IMG/VR virus record: IMGVR_UViG_3300033388_003186
Coordinates: 1 to 51,291 of that record
DNA from: a virus
Lineage: Duplodnaviria > Caudoviricetes
Strand: one strand, 5' to 3'
DNA: 51,291 nt
Each line of letters begins with the position of its first letter. Positions within the stretch are counted from its first letter, which is position 1. This document shows, in pieces, positions 25,900 through 38,000 of the stretch. Both the position numbers and the translations under genes were made by a program. Under the pieces are notes generated by a model, which had not been told where the DNA came from, searched no databases, and saw only the letters and a program-made list of their open reading frames with translations.

Positions 25900-28653
25900 T
25901 TATTTGACATATTCCTGACGCGAACCGATTGTATCTTTCAGGAAATGACAGTCAGCCGAAACGACGATAGCGTGCAGCGTAGAGTTATTCGCCACACCAG
26001 AATTTCTCTTAAAAGAAATAATGATACACTCAGAAGCCTTGAAATTGGTTCCGGTTATATGGGCAATATCGGTCGCATAGTGTTCATGCTGATCGTAGTC
26101 CTGAACATCGACAATAACTTCAGCGTGGGTAGTCTCTCCAGGCCACGACTCTGAACCGAGAAGGGTCGGAGAAGAGGCCGAGGAAGTAGCTATCCAGGAG
26201 ATATTTTCAACGCCAACCTCTCCACCGTCACCACTGACCGTCCAATGGAGATGAAGCTCAATGTCTGTGCCTTCCTTGTATGAGTGGGGAAGCTGTATCG
26301 TCATGTAGATATAGTTATCTGCGGTATCGACAAACTCTGCGGCCAGGCCACCCCTGTAAGCAATCTCGGACGCAGCGTTCGCGCCACCAAGTTTAGTTGC
26401 GGCCATCGGGACTACAACATCGTCCCATACCGGAGTGGCAAGCTCAATGGTCTTCTCAGCGCCGGTCACGATAACCAGGTCTGACGGCGTTACCGTATCG
26501 GTCTTAATGATCGCATCGGTAGCATCGTGGAAGATCGTAACGTCCTGAATCTCGAACCTTGCATTAGAAGCATTGTACGAGAGGAACTCACCATTAAGCG
26601 TGAGAGCCTGGGGCAGTACATCGGACAGGCCGATCATCGGCGGTATAGGAACAATGTCCACCAGGATAGAACCGGTCGAAGCATTCTTCTTTATACAATG
26701 ACCAATAAAAATTGCTCGGTTTGGAGCCGTTGGTTTTACGTCAGTCAACTCACCTGGAGTGGTCGATAACCAAACGGGGCTACCCTCTGTAAGGTGGTCT
26801 GTATCAAAGTCACGAACCATGCCGCTTGAGGTAACATAGCCGGTTACACCGTCATTGATAGATTCAGTTGTAACGCCCATGACAACCGCTTCTGGAATTG
26901 AGTCCGTGGAGTCAGCATCGGCAGGCCGTATCTGAGGGAATGACTGATCTGTCGAATGGATATAGACAGGGGTGCCATCGGGTATTGGTGAGCCTGAGTT
27001 ATTCTTCGCCTTGATAACGTGTTCCTGACCAAGCTGGAGATTTACATTTCCACCTGGCAGACCGTACTGAAGCGTACCATTGGAAGAGTCCCATTGTAGA
27101 CGCCCAACCGCCACGCCATTAGAGTAGCTCGTGTCAAATTGAATGTAGTCAATACTACCTATCGGTGCGTCAAAATCCCATGTATTAGTTGAGCCGTTAT
27201 ATTTCAGGGCGTCGGGGTTTGTATTCGGGCCAATCGTTAGATCGTCCTCGTTGATATCAATCAGGTAATGAGCGATTGTAGTATCGTGATCCGGCGGTAC
27301 GACCATTATAATCTCAGGGCCTTGGGCTGCGGCACCGGACAATAATTCAATCTTTCCAGCGAGTTCATCGGTCAATCCAAACTCAACAGAATCTATACAG
27401 AAGATGCTCCACTGGCTCGGCCCCGAACTCGCCGTAAGCTTCATTCCAGAAGTTCCATCATTCCCTATCTCAAGCACACCATTTGCATCTGTCCTGATAT
27501 AAAAACCGTCACCGGCTGGCCCATCTGTGGTATGAAGCTTAATCGAAGCATTAACAGAATCGTCAACGCCAATGTTAATTCCACCGGCTCCGGTAAAATG
27601 CCAATCGTTTGTGCCACCGGCATACTTCAAAGAATCAATGTCTGTCTCTGGACCAATCGTGAGGTCATCCTCGTGAACCCTGAAGGTATAACCATCTATG
27701 GTTGTGTCGTGTTCGTTGCCGGTGTCAAGTGTTAACCTTCCACCATCAACCCCATCTACACTCGCATAGGCGTGAAATCTACCATAGTCCGTAGACAAGC
27801 TTCCAGCGCTCAGGGTATGTTGAGCGCCCAAGGAGCCTTCAACAACGCCTGACATATGGAAGTTCCCATCAAAGTAAACCGTCTTTTTAAATTCCCATTC
27901 ATCATCAGCGGCGACAAACTGCATGGCCGTTGGATAGTTATTGGGGCCAATATGAAGGTTGCCAGAAGAAGACTTGAAGGCGTAAAAGTCCTGGGTAGTA
28001 TCGTCGTCGGCAGAATTATAAACTCTTATTTCTCCACCCTCAACTTCTCCTGTCGCATGGCCGAACACTGATATGAGTCCTTTTGTGTCATCGTCCACTC
28101 CGACTTCAATGCTTCCGCCCTCTGCCACCACACCAGCCTCAAACGTAGCTTCGCTTACAACGTTAAGGGTGCCTTGAAATTCACCGCTTCCATCAACCTC
28201 TATTCCCTGGGCGTTCAACTCAAGCTGCATTGCGCCACCAGCGGCGTCCCAAAACTTTACCCTGGAAGCCGTAACGTCAAGCCACTCTTTTCCGGCCACC
28301 TTAGAGGTAATTTCTTCTCCATCAAATCTCGCTTTTAGAAATGTATTATCGTCGCCTATCTGAGCGTCATAACTGTCTGCATAGAAACTTCTATTGTTGT
28401 CGGTTAGAATTTCAACTTCTCCATCAGTATTCTTTGAGAGAATTATATCAGCGTTGCCATTCTCGTCTAACCGTATACCTTCGCAAGTTATCGTTCCGGT
28501 AAACTCGGTTCCACCGGCAAGCCACGACTGTACTGTCGTGCCATCAACGACAATAGAAACCTCTCCTGTGCCGGAGTCCTCTACGAATACCTGTGAGTCG
28601 CCATCGTGAATGGCGTCATTTATGTTTTCCCATCTTCCTGGTTTTCCACTCAT
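25900..28653 (-). CDS. Tail fibre / receptor-binding protein
   Basis: 917 aa rich in G/D/T/S; internal HDTT..Y...EDDLTIGP...LKY.G..N.W.F repeats; located before lysis genes. Confidence 0.7.
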   Translation of the reverse strand: MSGKPGRWENINDAIHDGDSQVFVEDSGTGEVSIVVDGTTVQSWLAGGTEFTGTITCEGIRLDENGNADIILSKNTDGEVEILTDNNRSFYADSYDAQIGDDNTFLKARFDGEEITSKVAGKEWLDVTASRVKFWDAAGGAMQLELNAQGIEVDGSGEFQGTLNVVSEATFEAGVVAEGGSIEVGVDDDTKGLISVFGHATGEVEGGEIRVYNSADDDTTQDFYAFKSSSGNLHIGPNNYPTAMQFVAADDEWEFKKTVYFDGNFHMSGVVEGSLGAQHTLSAGSLSTDYGRFHAYASVDGVDGGRLTLDTGNEHDTTIDGYTFRVHEDDLTIGPETDIDSLKYAGGTNDWHFTGAGGINIGVDDSVNASIKLHTTDGPAGDGFYIRTDANGVLEIGNDGTSGMKLTASSGPSQWSIFCIDSVEFGLTDELAGKIELLSGAAAQGPEIIMVVPPDHDTTIAHYLIDINEDDLTIGPNTNPDALKYNGSTNTWDFDAPIGSIDYIQFDTSYSNGVAVGRLQWDSSNGTLQYGLPGGNVNLQLGQEHVIKAKNNSGSPIPDGTPVYIHSTDQSFPQIRPADADSTDSIPEAVVMGVTTESINDGVTGYVTSSGMVRDFDTDHLTEGSPVWLSTTPGELTDVKPTAPNRAIFIGHCIKKNASTGSILVDIVPIPPMIGLSDVLPQALTLNGEFLSYNASNARFEIQDVTIFHDATDAIIKTDTVTPSDLVIVTGAEKTIELATPVWDDVVVPMAATKLGGANAASEIAYRGGLAAEFVDTADNYIYMTIQLPHSYKEGTDIELHLHWTVSGDGGEVGVENISWIATSSASSPTLLGSESWPGETTHAEVIVDVQDYDQHEHYATDIAHITGTNFKASECIIISFKRNSGVANNSTLHAIVVSADCHFLKDTIGSRQEYVK

Positions 28654-28671
28654 ATCTATTTCTCCTTATTG

Positions 28672-29043
28672 TTATTGAATCGCCAGGTGGGCGGTTACGG
28701 TTATTGGGTCTGCTCCGCCTGTCTCCAGGACCTTGATCTTGATCCATTGAGCGAGGGTGGGGCTGAACTGGTAGATATGAATTCCATCACCGCCAGGACC
28801 GCTTATCTTTGTATGAGCGGTTACGATATCCTTGGTCGGATCGTCAGAGATAATGAAATTGGAATTGTCATTTGATACAGCTACCTGAAACTTACCTGTA
28901 CCATCACCGGTCAAAGCAATCTGGAGTGAGAACCACCCCTGCACATCGGAGTAAGATCCGAGTTTAAATGCCTGGGAAGTTAAGCTCGCACTCGCTAAGA
29001 TCTCTCTTGCTCTGAAAACTCTGATTGTACTAATTGAAGCCAT
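28672..29043 (-). CDS. Small beta-rich virion-associated protein
   Basis: MASIST start after AAGGAG; QVAVSNDN pattern. Confidence 0.6.
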   Translation of the reverse strand: MASISTIRVFRAREILASASLTSQAFKLGSYSDVQGWFSLQIALTGDGTGKFQVAVSNDNSNFIISDDPTKDIVTAHTKISGPGGDGIHIYQFSPTLAQWIKIKVLETGGADPITVTAHLAIQ

Positions 29044-29047
29044 TTTG

Positions 29048-32000
29048 TTAATCTCCTTTTTTATACTTCGCGTAAACATTTCGGACGATTTTGTTTCTAC
29101 GCTGATAGAGATTCTCAAGCCGTCTCTTCTTCTCAGCGCCGTCCATTCGTGGGTTTAGCCATACAAGCCGGATATCCTTATTGATCTCCGACAAATCTTT
29201 TCTGGCTTTACTGAACTGTTTTTTAAGGTTATAGAATTCTTTATTGTCCCTTATCAATTTCTGTGAAGCCTTGAAGTCACCGAGTTTGTCATAATAGTTC
29301 ACGGTCCTTATCAGCTTACTCATTTCGTTATAGTGGTCATAGAAGCGAGTCATATATTTCGTATTCCTGGCCTCGCCCTTTTTAATAAACCTTGCGAACC
29401 CTGGATATTCATTCCAGGAGAGGTCTGGTCTCTCGGGGAAGTCGAATGCGTTTCTCACCATCGCGTCAGACATTCCGAGGATGAACATTCCGAACGTTCC
29501 CGTATACCCGCGAAGTAAATGCTCCATACGCTTAGGCGGAAGGTTAGCTGCACCGCCTATAAGCCGCATCGTCTCCGAGGTCCATGGGTCATAGCGCTCG
29601 CCCCAGCGAAGTCCGCTGAGTCCCTGGCCCTCTATCGGCCTACCGGTAAAGCTGACCTTATTGGCCCATTGCTCTGCAAGTGGCTTGGTGGCCTGGATAC
29701 CGAGAATAGGATTAAACGCGAAGGTCTCTGTCGTGGCGTGTTTTAAGTACGTCCACAAGTGGTCAATGTCCTCGTTGCCCACCATCACGTTACCTACGGC
29801 CTCTACCGAAGTCGAAAATAGAACTCCAGTTTCAAACGGCTTTGGTATCCTGAAGTGCAAGTCTCCAATCCAGAAATGATAATATGCGAACCGGTCCCAA
29901 TCCTCAAGCTCTTTGTACCGGTCGTCATCTTTATACATGAGCCATAACCCAAGCGACGCCAGGGCTATCATAAAAGCTTTCATTGCGAAGTGCGTCGGAT
30001 TCTCCCTGGCTGCGCGGCCCATCTTATAAAGGCCCTGTGCGCGAGCGTTAAGGAATGGTATGGTCTGGATCATAAACTGGACGATACCGGCTGCACCGCT
30101 CATTTGAAAGTCCATCAGGTCCCTGGATGCAAAGTAAGCCTTCTCGGTCGTTTCACCCTTGGCCATCAAATTCTCAGCCAACTGAATCCTGGCGGCATTC
30201 TCAGATGCAGCGCCAACCCTCTCCCATACCTTTAGCATCTTGGCAGGCGTATCAAGGATTCTGCCTATGATAGTTTTACCTTCACTTCCTAACAAGTGAT
30301 TGATAAATTTATCAGCAACGTTCTGACCCTTCAACTGCGTTTTTATATAATGGGCGAGGGCCTTTGGATCTTCAGACCTAACATAATGACCGCCGAATGC
30401 ATGGCCGGAAGCCAGGTAACCGATATAAGCCTCGGTCTCACCCCACGCCTTCCAGAATCCTCGCATCGTATCAAAGAACGGTACGAACGATTTGGATATC
30501 AGGGACGTATGTAGCGTATCCCTTATCGCATTCGCAATTCGGAAGCCAGGGCCAAATGTCGCGCCGTAGGTCAACCATTTTTTAGAGGTCCTGAAGAAGG
30601 TCATAACCGCATTATCGAACTGGTGCGGGTTCATTCCCGAGATTGCAACGTACAATTCAGGGTCATTGACCTTGAAATACTGCATTTTACCAGCTTTCTG
30701 ATAGCCGAGAAGCTGCTCACCGGACTTTTTATGAACATAGATAGCACCGGTAGCCTTTCCGTCCTTGTCCTTCTGAGCCTTCATTACGACGGTCTGAGAC
30801 CATGGCACTTCTTCGATGACCGGTACGGGAACTTCTGTTTCTGTGGTATGCTTTATGATCTTAATATCTTTTTTCTTAAATAGATCATTGCTCGTTATTT
30901 CATCTCTGATATATTCCTGGGCCTCTTTGCGGTTATCAAACACATCGTAGGTTGTTCCGGTAACCGGATTGAATACAGAGAACTCGTTCTCCTTGACAAT
31001 CCTGGTCAGTCCGGTAAGCACCTTATTGTCATTCGCGTACTTAACAGACGAAGCCCTGGCGACATTGGTTATTGAGGTATTAAGAAGGTGGGTCCAATTC
31101 TTCATTATGTTTTCCATTGGGTCACCGATCTTAGACTCTCCACCGGTAAGCCTTTTTATACCGGCACTCAGAAAATCCTTGGACCTCGGCGGCGCTCTCC
31201 AGAATTCAGCGGCGGTCACCGGATTTTCGATAACCCTGTAAAACGGAATGTAGAGATCTGATTCCCATGCTTCCCTGGACTCAGCATTTATAACGCCTGC
31301 CTTTGTAGCTATGTCAAGGATATTTTTGTTGAACGCCTGAAACTGTTCATTTATCTGTTCCCAGCTTAAGCCTTCTTTGTTTTCTGGCAGGCCAACCCAT
31401 GCCATGATTTTTTCACGGTCTTCCTTTTTCAGCCAATGCTCGCGGCCCTGTACGTCAAGAGCCTCGGCACGCTGGGCAATCAGCCAATAGAAAAATTTAA
31501 CGCCGTCATTGGGACCGAGCTTCTTTATCCATGGAAGGAAACCAGCTTTACGCATAACCTTCTTGGTGGCCGGATCTTTCATGACCTGGATGGTCATCGT
31601 TTTATCCCAATACAGCTTCCCATGCTCCAGGAATGCAGCCAGGGAGCCTACCGCACCAGGTACGCCGCGAGCCTTCATATATGCATGAGCCTCTCCGCCA
31701 AGCCATTGCTTAATTGGATCAAGCTTATCAAACGTCAGGTATCGCCAGTTGCTCCGGTCCTTACCCTTTCCGGTAAAATATCCGAAGGTCTCGGCCAGCT
31801 TCTCGCTCAGTGGCGTATCCGATCTGCCAATCTTTGAATTGAGATACTGAACCGCTCCGCGCTCCTGGACCCTGAATGCATCAAGGCTTAGGTAGATCTG
31901 CTCTTTGATCTGGACGTAGTTGGTATCCTCAACCTTATGGAAGATGACATAATTCTTAGACCAGCTTTCTTCCATGGCGGTATGTAAATTATCGATTAAC

Positions 32001-35000
32001 TCAGGGTCTATGTGCTTCTTGAGTTCACCAACAAACTCTGGATCATGGTCCATAACCTTGCTCATTGCAAAATGAGTATCCTTAAGCCTATCGGGCAGCA
32101 ATGGCCGTACCCTATTCAACTCTTCAATCAATAGATCCTGTTCGAAGAGAACCTCTTTTGGAATTCGACCGAACATTGTGTCAGCCTCAAACCTTACGCC
32201 ATCGATACCGGCTGATTCGAATACCATGGTTGCATTTTTCTTAGAACCAAGAAGGCTTTCAAGCTCGCCGTAAACGTGCTTAACCAGCGGAGTTGTAGGA
32301 TTGTTCAGTAGTCGATTTTCAAATGTATTAAAGACCTCGTTTCCAACTGGAAGATTCTCGCTTTTTTTGGCCTCGGCTATGATCCTCTTTATCTTTTTCA
32401 TATCCATAGTTTTGAACCAATCTTCAAGTACCAGGTCGTCGCTCAACTCAACCTTGTGAACGATCTTTATTCCGCCGGTTGTGTCCAGCTTATAAGAACC
32501 TTCGTCAAGGGCAATCTCCCACTCACTTATTTCTGAGTATATCGCTTCAATCAATTCACCGTCAACTCTTCCAAGTCCAGGGACAGCCGTTACAATATTG
32601 TCGTCACCGCTGAGGCGCATATTTGCATTCGATGCAAAGCCTATCATATCGTAGAGGGCGTCAGTGATATATGTCGTAGCGTCGGCAGCGGTTATCTGAC
32701 CATTATCCTTTTGCGTGTCTGACAATATATTACCGACCTCTTCCTCAAGAAATTTAATTACCTTATATCGTGCATACTCTTCAAGAGAGGCATCGCCGTC
32801 CGGCCCCATCACGCTCTTAAGCGTCCCGTCGTCATTAATATTTATTTTGTAGAAACCCTGTTTTACCCACTCTCCGTCCTTTACAATGTCAACCGTCCGA
32901 GAGAGTCCGGTAGTCTTTGCGCCTACGGGAACGCCTGTGGGAATGAGGTCTATTGTAAAGTCTTTTAGCTTCGCGCCCTTCTCGGCAACCTTCGCGTATT
33001 TCTTTCCGAGGTTGAGCGCACCGGCAAAATATTCACCCCATGCAAATGCCTGGAAGCCCTCTCCGGTTGACATATAGCCAAGGTCATATTGGGCATACTC
33101 AGCGCCGGTCCCATGATACACGGTTATCGACGCGAACACTTTTTGCTTGCGTTCATTGTTTTTGTACCCATCCAAATACTGAACAGTGGCCCCATCCCAA
33201 TTACGCCTGGCACGCTCAAGGGCGTGAGGTTTATTGAGACCTCTGATCTCGTCAACGAACGACTGTCCAGGGGTGGCACCTATTCTCGGAAAGGTTATCT
33301 TTACCCTTGCGGTAAAGGAATAGTTCTGGTCATAAAACCCCTTCTGTATAAAAGGATCTTTGCTGAACCCGAGTAGATTATTAGGAGCCTTCGAATAAGC
33401 CTCGCTGGCTGCGTATGCCTCTTTTTGATTCATCGGTATGGAAGCGAATAGAGCTTCTTGCTTACCTGGTATGGGCCTCTGTTTGCCTTCTCTGAAGTCC
33501 TTAAGCTGTTTGTCTCTTATGGGTCCTATGTTGATACCAGCGTCAAGCCATTGCTGATATAGGGCCGCCTGATTAACATCTATCAGGCCCTCTACTGGTT
33601 CTTTTTTAATGAACTCTTTGATTCCCTTGACGACATTGGGATTGAGTCTCTCAACCTCACCGAGGCGTGGCCGTCCTTGCCCTTCAAGTAATTTTGAACG
33701 CTTTCTGAACTCTCCTGAGACAATTTTTGGCTCCGCGATAAGTCCCAAGTCTCTTGATATCTTTGTTGCCTTTGCAATTTTTTTGTCATATTCCTGCCCT
33801 TTCGGATTCGTCTTCCAATCATTTGATAACACTGAATGGTTATACCATACCTGGCCGAAGCCCTCATACGACGGGAACTCACGCTGTATGGCGTGTATAG
33901 AGTCAAGCGCTGCCTGGAGAAAATCGGAGTCGGTTTGTTTAACCGTTCCGAATACATTCTTTAATTCTTTGGCCTTTACGTTATTAACGAACCGGCCTTT
34001 ATTTGTAAAGAAACCTTTCTCTCCGTCAGCTTCACGAAGTTGTTTAAATGTAATGCCAGCTTTCTTATAGAGCGCCTCGTAGTTCTTTGCGCCCCGTATT
34101 ATATTGTCGTTGTATTTTATTGCCGGTTCAATCGTCTTCTCGTTGTTCCTGTATCTCAAGTGGTGCAAGGTTAACGAATTTATCGACGGCGTATAGGTAG
34201 ATCCATGGATACCGTTGTTATCGAGCATCGTCGATAATTCAACAAGCTGATCCTCGGTCAGCGGATCTTTAAATTTAAGAACGAGACTCGGGGCCTGGTC
34301 ACCGGCAATGCCTTCCGGCCTATTCTTGTCGTTCCATCCAGACATTTGCTCGGAGAACACGCCTTCGTACTGAGCGTTATCTTTAAGGAACTGTGCCAAT
34401 ATCCCCTTTGCTATGTCAACATTGGCAAAATCAAAATCAACATCGATAGAGAATTCCCGTCCGCCACCGGCCCATCTACCTTCAGCGGGACCTATCCCTC
34501 TAATGTCAATCAGGGGGTGCGTGAACAACCTTGTTACCTCTGAGCGCATGGCGTTGTCAAGGTCTTCGGTCTTCCCTTCATCGTACCATTTTTGGTACCT
34601 TACCAGCTTCCGATAGTGTTGCGGGAAGTTATTTTTTACAACCTCAAGTACCTCTGGAGAGACGATATTGCTGATTCCAAGTGAAGCTCTACGCATAGGC
34701 TCTACCCTGGTAGGCTCTAACAGGATCGTCATTTCACCAGATTTAATTCCAACCCATCCGGCATCCCTGATCTTCTTTTCAAAACTTAACAGGGTCGTTA
34801 TATCTTCAGGGTCAAATGTAGGGTCAATCAATCCATCAGGGTCAAGGTCTGCATTGTAAATCTTGTCAGTATCTATAACCGCTCTGTGCCTGGTCTTGCC
34901 GGATATGTCGTAATCCTTTGGCAGCGTCGCGGCGTCGAAGAACTGTATCAATAAAGGATCGTCGCCCTTTACCATTTCAAATACATTGAGATCCTTGTCC

Positions 35001-38000
35001 TGCGAATAGGTGTCAAGGATATGGCGAACGGTTGGATCTCGAAGTTTAAATTTTAGATAGGCGCTGATCTGGCGCTCGTCCAGGTCGGTAATGCCTGACC
35101 ATCTCTCTGCCATGACGGTCAGCGTTTCATCAAAGGTGTATCCTTCCTGGCCCACCTTGCCCCTGGCCTTCTCCCATATATCTCTGATATGAAACCATAG
35201 GACAGCCTGAGCCATATCAGGGTGCCAGGTCTCTCCGGTCTTCTTGGACATTGCGGCTTCAACGTCTCTCATGTGGCGCTGAACCCTGAGATGCTGGACC
35301 TGTGATAAAGCCTTGTCCTTAGCCTTTTCAGCGAGAGGACCGGAGCTTGCCGAGGGATAGAAATAACGGTTAACCCAAATATCAACAACCGTCTCAACTG
35401 CATTCCTTACCCCGTAGTCACGAAGGATAGAGGCGAACGTCTCAGCGAAAGCCTTGACCTTTACCTCTCCACCCTTGAACTTCATGGCGGTAAAGTCGAT
35501 CCTGAACATCTCGTCAATGGTCTTGGCGCTCAATACACGGCCAACCGTCTTCGCGTCAACGAGTCCGAACTTCGTTTTCTTATCGACCTGTCCAGCTTTC
35601 TCCAGCATTCTGAACTTAATAAACTCGACCATGTTGGCTAATGTGCCTTTGTTGCGACTCGTGTGAGATAGCATGGCCAGGCCCATAAATAGATTCAGGT
35701 CGGTGTCATTCTCGAATACGGTCCTCAGGTACTTTATATTATCATACCAATGCTTTGCATTAGGATCTTTTTTATCTGTCGCCAGAAGGTCCTTGACGGT
35801 CTCCTGGACGGTAGGAAAGGGGTACTCTTCCATGCTCTTCCCTATGGTCTGGATTCTTCCGGCCAGGGTCTTGTCAACTCCATTGTCAGTCAGAAATTTC
35901 CTCAGGCCCTTGGCTCCGCCGGTCAACTCCAGGAGCTTCTCAATACTCGACCGTTGTTCATTTATGGTATATGATTTACCGGCAACCTTGACCTTTATTG
36001 ACTTTCCTTCCAGGGCCTTTTTAAGGTCGATGGATTGCATAATGCTCGGAGATTCGGTCGGAAACTCATTGAATAATGATTTTATCTGATTTTCCCTAAA
36101 GGGTATCCAGGACCCAAACTCTTCCTGGGCATCAAATATCGACATTTTTTCCTCGGGGTCTATAATTTCGAGGAACTCTTCGTCGGACATTTCGTTAAGT
36201 ATACCCTCTCCTGCATCGCTCTCCAAATACTCCTGGAGATATCCACGATACGGTTGTGGTATCTCTCTCCTGTTCAGATATTCTATGCCATCGAATCTCT
36301 TTCCAAATTCATCTTTCATTTGAAATAGAGTGTCAACTATTTCCTCTTCCATCCTCGCCTGAGACACTTCTTCGCCTATGCTCGTATCGGCATTTATTTC
36401 TTTTAACTCTGATTCAAGTTGGTCTAAGCGGTCTTTATGCTCCGGCTTCCACAATCTATTATGATCCTTTAGTTGATTGTAAACGTCCGTCGCGCTGAAC
36501 GCACCCTTATCTATAAGCCTTATAGGGTTCTTTATGTTCAAGAGAACCGGATAGATTCTTTGCGTCTCTGGATAACCTTCGTAATCACCGAGGATTATAT
36601 TCGCTTGTTCTGGCTGTCCGAAGTGAGGGCCGAGGTCTGACCTTGAAAAACTAAATATTGCAAAATCCTTTTGCGCTCTCGTTCCGTGGAACACAACCAT
36701 TGGCTCCCCGTCTTTGCCCACGACCTTCGTATCCTTCGCCCACTCAAGAAGTTCCTTATTAATGGTTATCGAAGCAGACAACCTTTTAACCTCGGCTGCA
36801 TCGCGCTGTGCTACCTGAACTTCCGGCTTATACTGACGCCGGAGCATATCCTCGAAGCGATAGATTCCCTCGGAGATATTGCCGAGTTCTTCAAGCTCGT
36901 TCCTGGCAATGTTCATGTGTTCTGACATTGTGCCAAAAACGTGTTCCTCATTCATCGCCAGGGAGATAGCGGTCATCATCTCTTTGTCTGTCTTCGCATC
37001 CTTCATGCGTTTGCGCTGATCTCTGATACGTTCCTCGGCAGCATCCATGCTCGGGAAGTTGTCTCTCCAAGCAGGGTAACCCTTCTCTATCATTACGCGC
37101 CGGACTGTTTCGCCAACCGGAGAATCCCAGCCATTATCGTCAAGATATTCGGCAATGGAGTCAAGATTCATCTCCTGATAGACTGTATACTTCTGGTCCA
37201 TCTGATACTCGAAGTCCAGGATTTTATATAGATTTTCTTCGCTCTCTTCCTGAAGGTCGGCACGATCCTGCTCATACTCTTCAACAAGAATATCTACAAT
37301 CTCTTCTGCACCATCTGGCCAGATAGGCGGCTCATGCTCTTCCTGAACGGCATTCTCAATATCTTTCGATACATCGAATTCCCATGTATTACCCATTTTA
37401 ATCCAGCCGATCTTTCCGCCTGTAAACATTTCAGAAACAGTAAGCCCCGACTCTTCAGCAGCTTCATCGCTAAACTGAGAGTTGAACCAGGTCTCGGGGC
37501 TTTCGTGTCGGTACAGCCACTCGTCGTAAACTCCCTTCGTGTAACCAAGGACTCTCTCAGAAATAAGATGAAATTCTTTCAGAGTTTCATCGCGGTAGTG
37601 CTTTGCAAAAGAGTCCATCTTGTCTTCTGGTATTTTTTCATAAGCCCGAAGCTTGAGGTCAATAACGTGCATATATTTAATGGCCCGATAAGGTTCATCC
37701 GGCATAAAATCCCTGAAGTCATATTCGTCCTGCAAGTCTCTTGGCAATATGACCGGATCTTCTTTCTTTGCCATAACGATAGAAGCCTGTACGTCCGGCT
37801 TTTTTAGTTGCTTAGAACTGAACTCCAGGAGCCTGCGGTAGAACATCTCGTGCATATCTCTATTTTGGAGCCAGGACTTTGTAACGACGTTCTCGTCACC
37901 ATCGACCTCGTTATCTGTCCCTAACTGTGTCCCTGTTTCTGTCCCTTCATACGTCGCCAGAATATAGGTGTTAGTATGTGAAATTATATCTTTATTTGCT

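Noticed and set aside
25900-28653. Diversity-generating retroelement target
   Set aside because: No reverse transcriptase in the window and no adenine-variant template/variable repeat pair noticed
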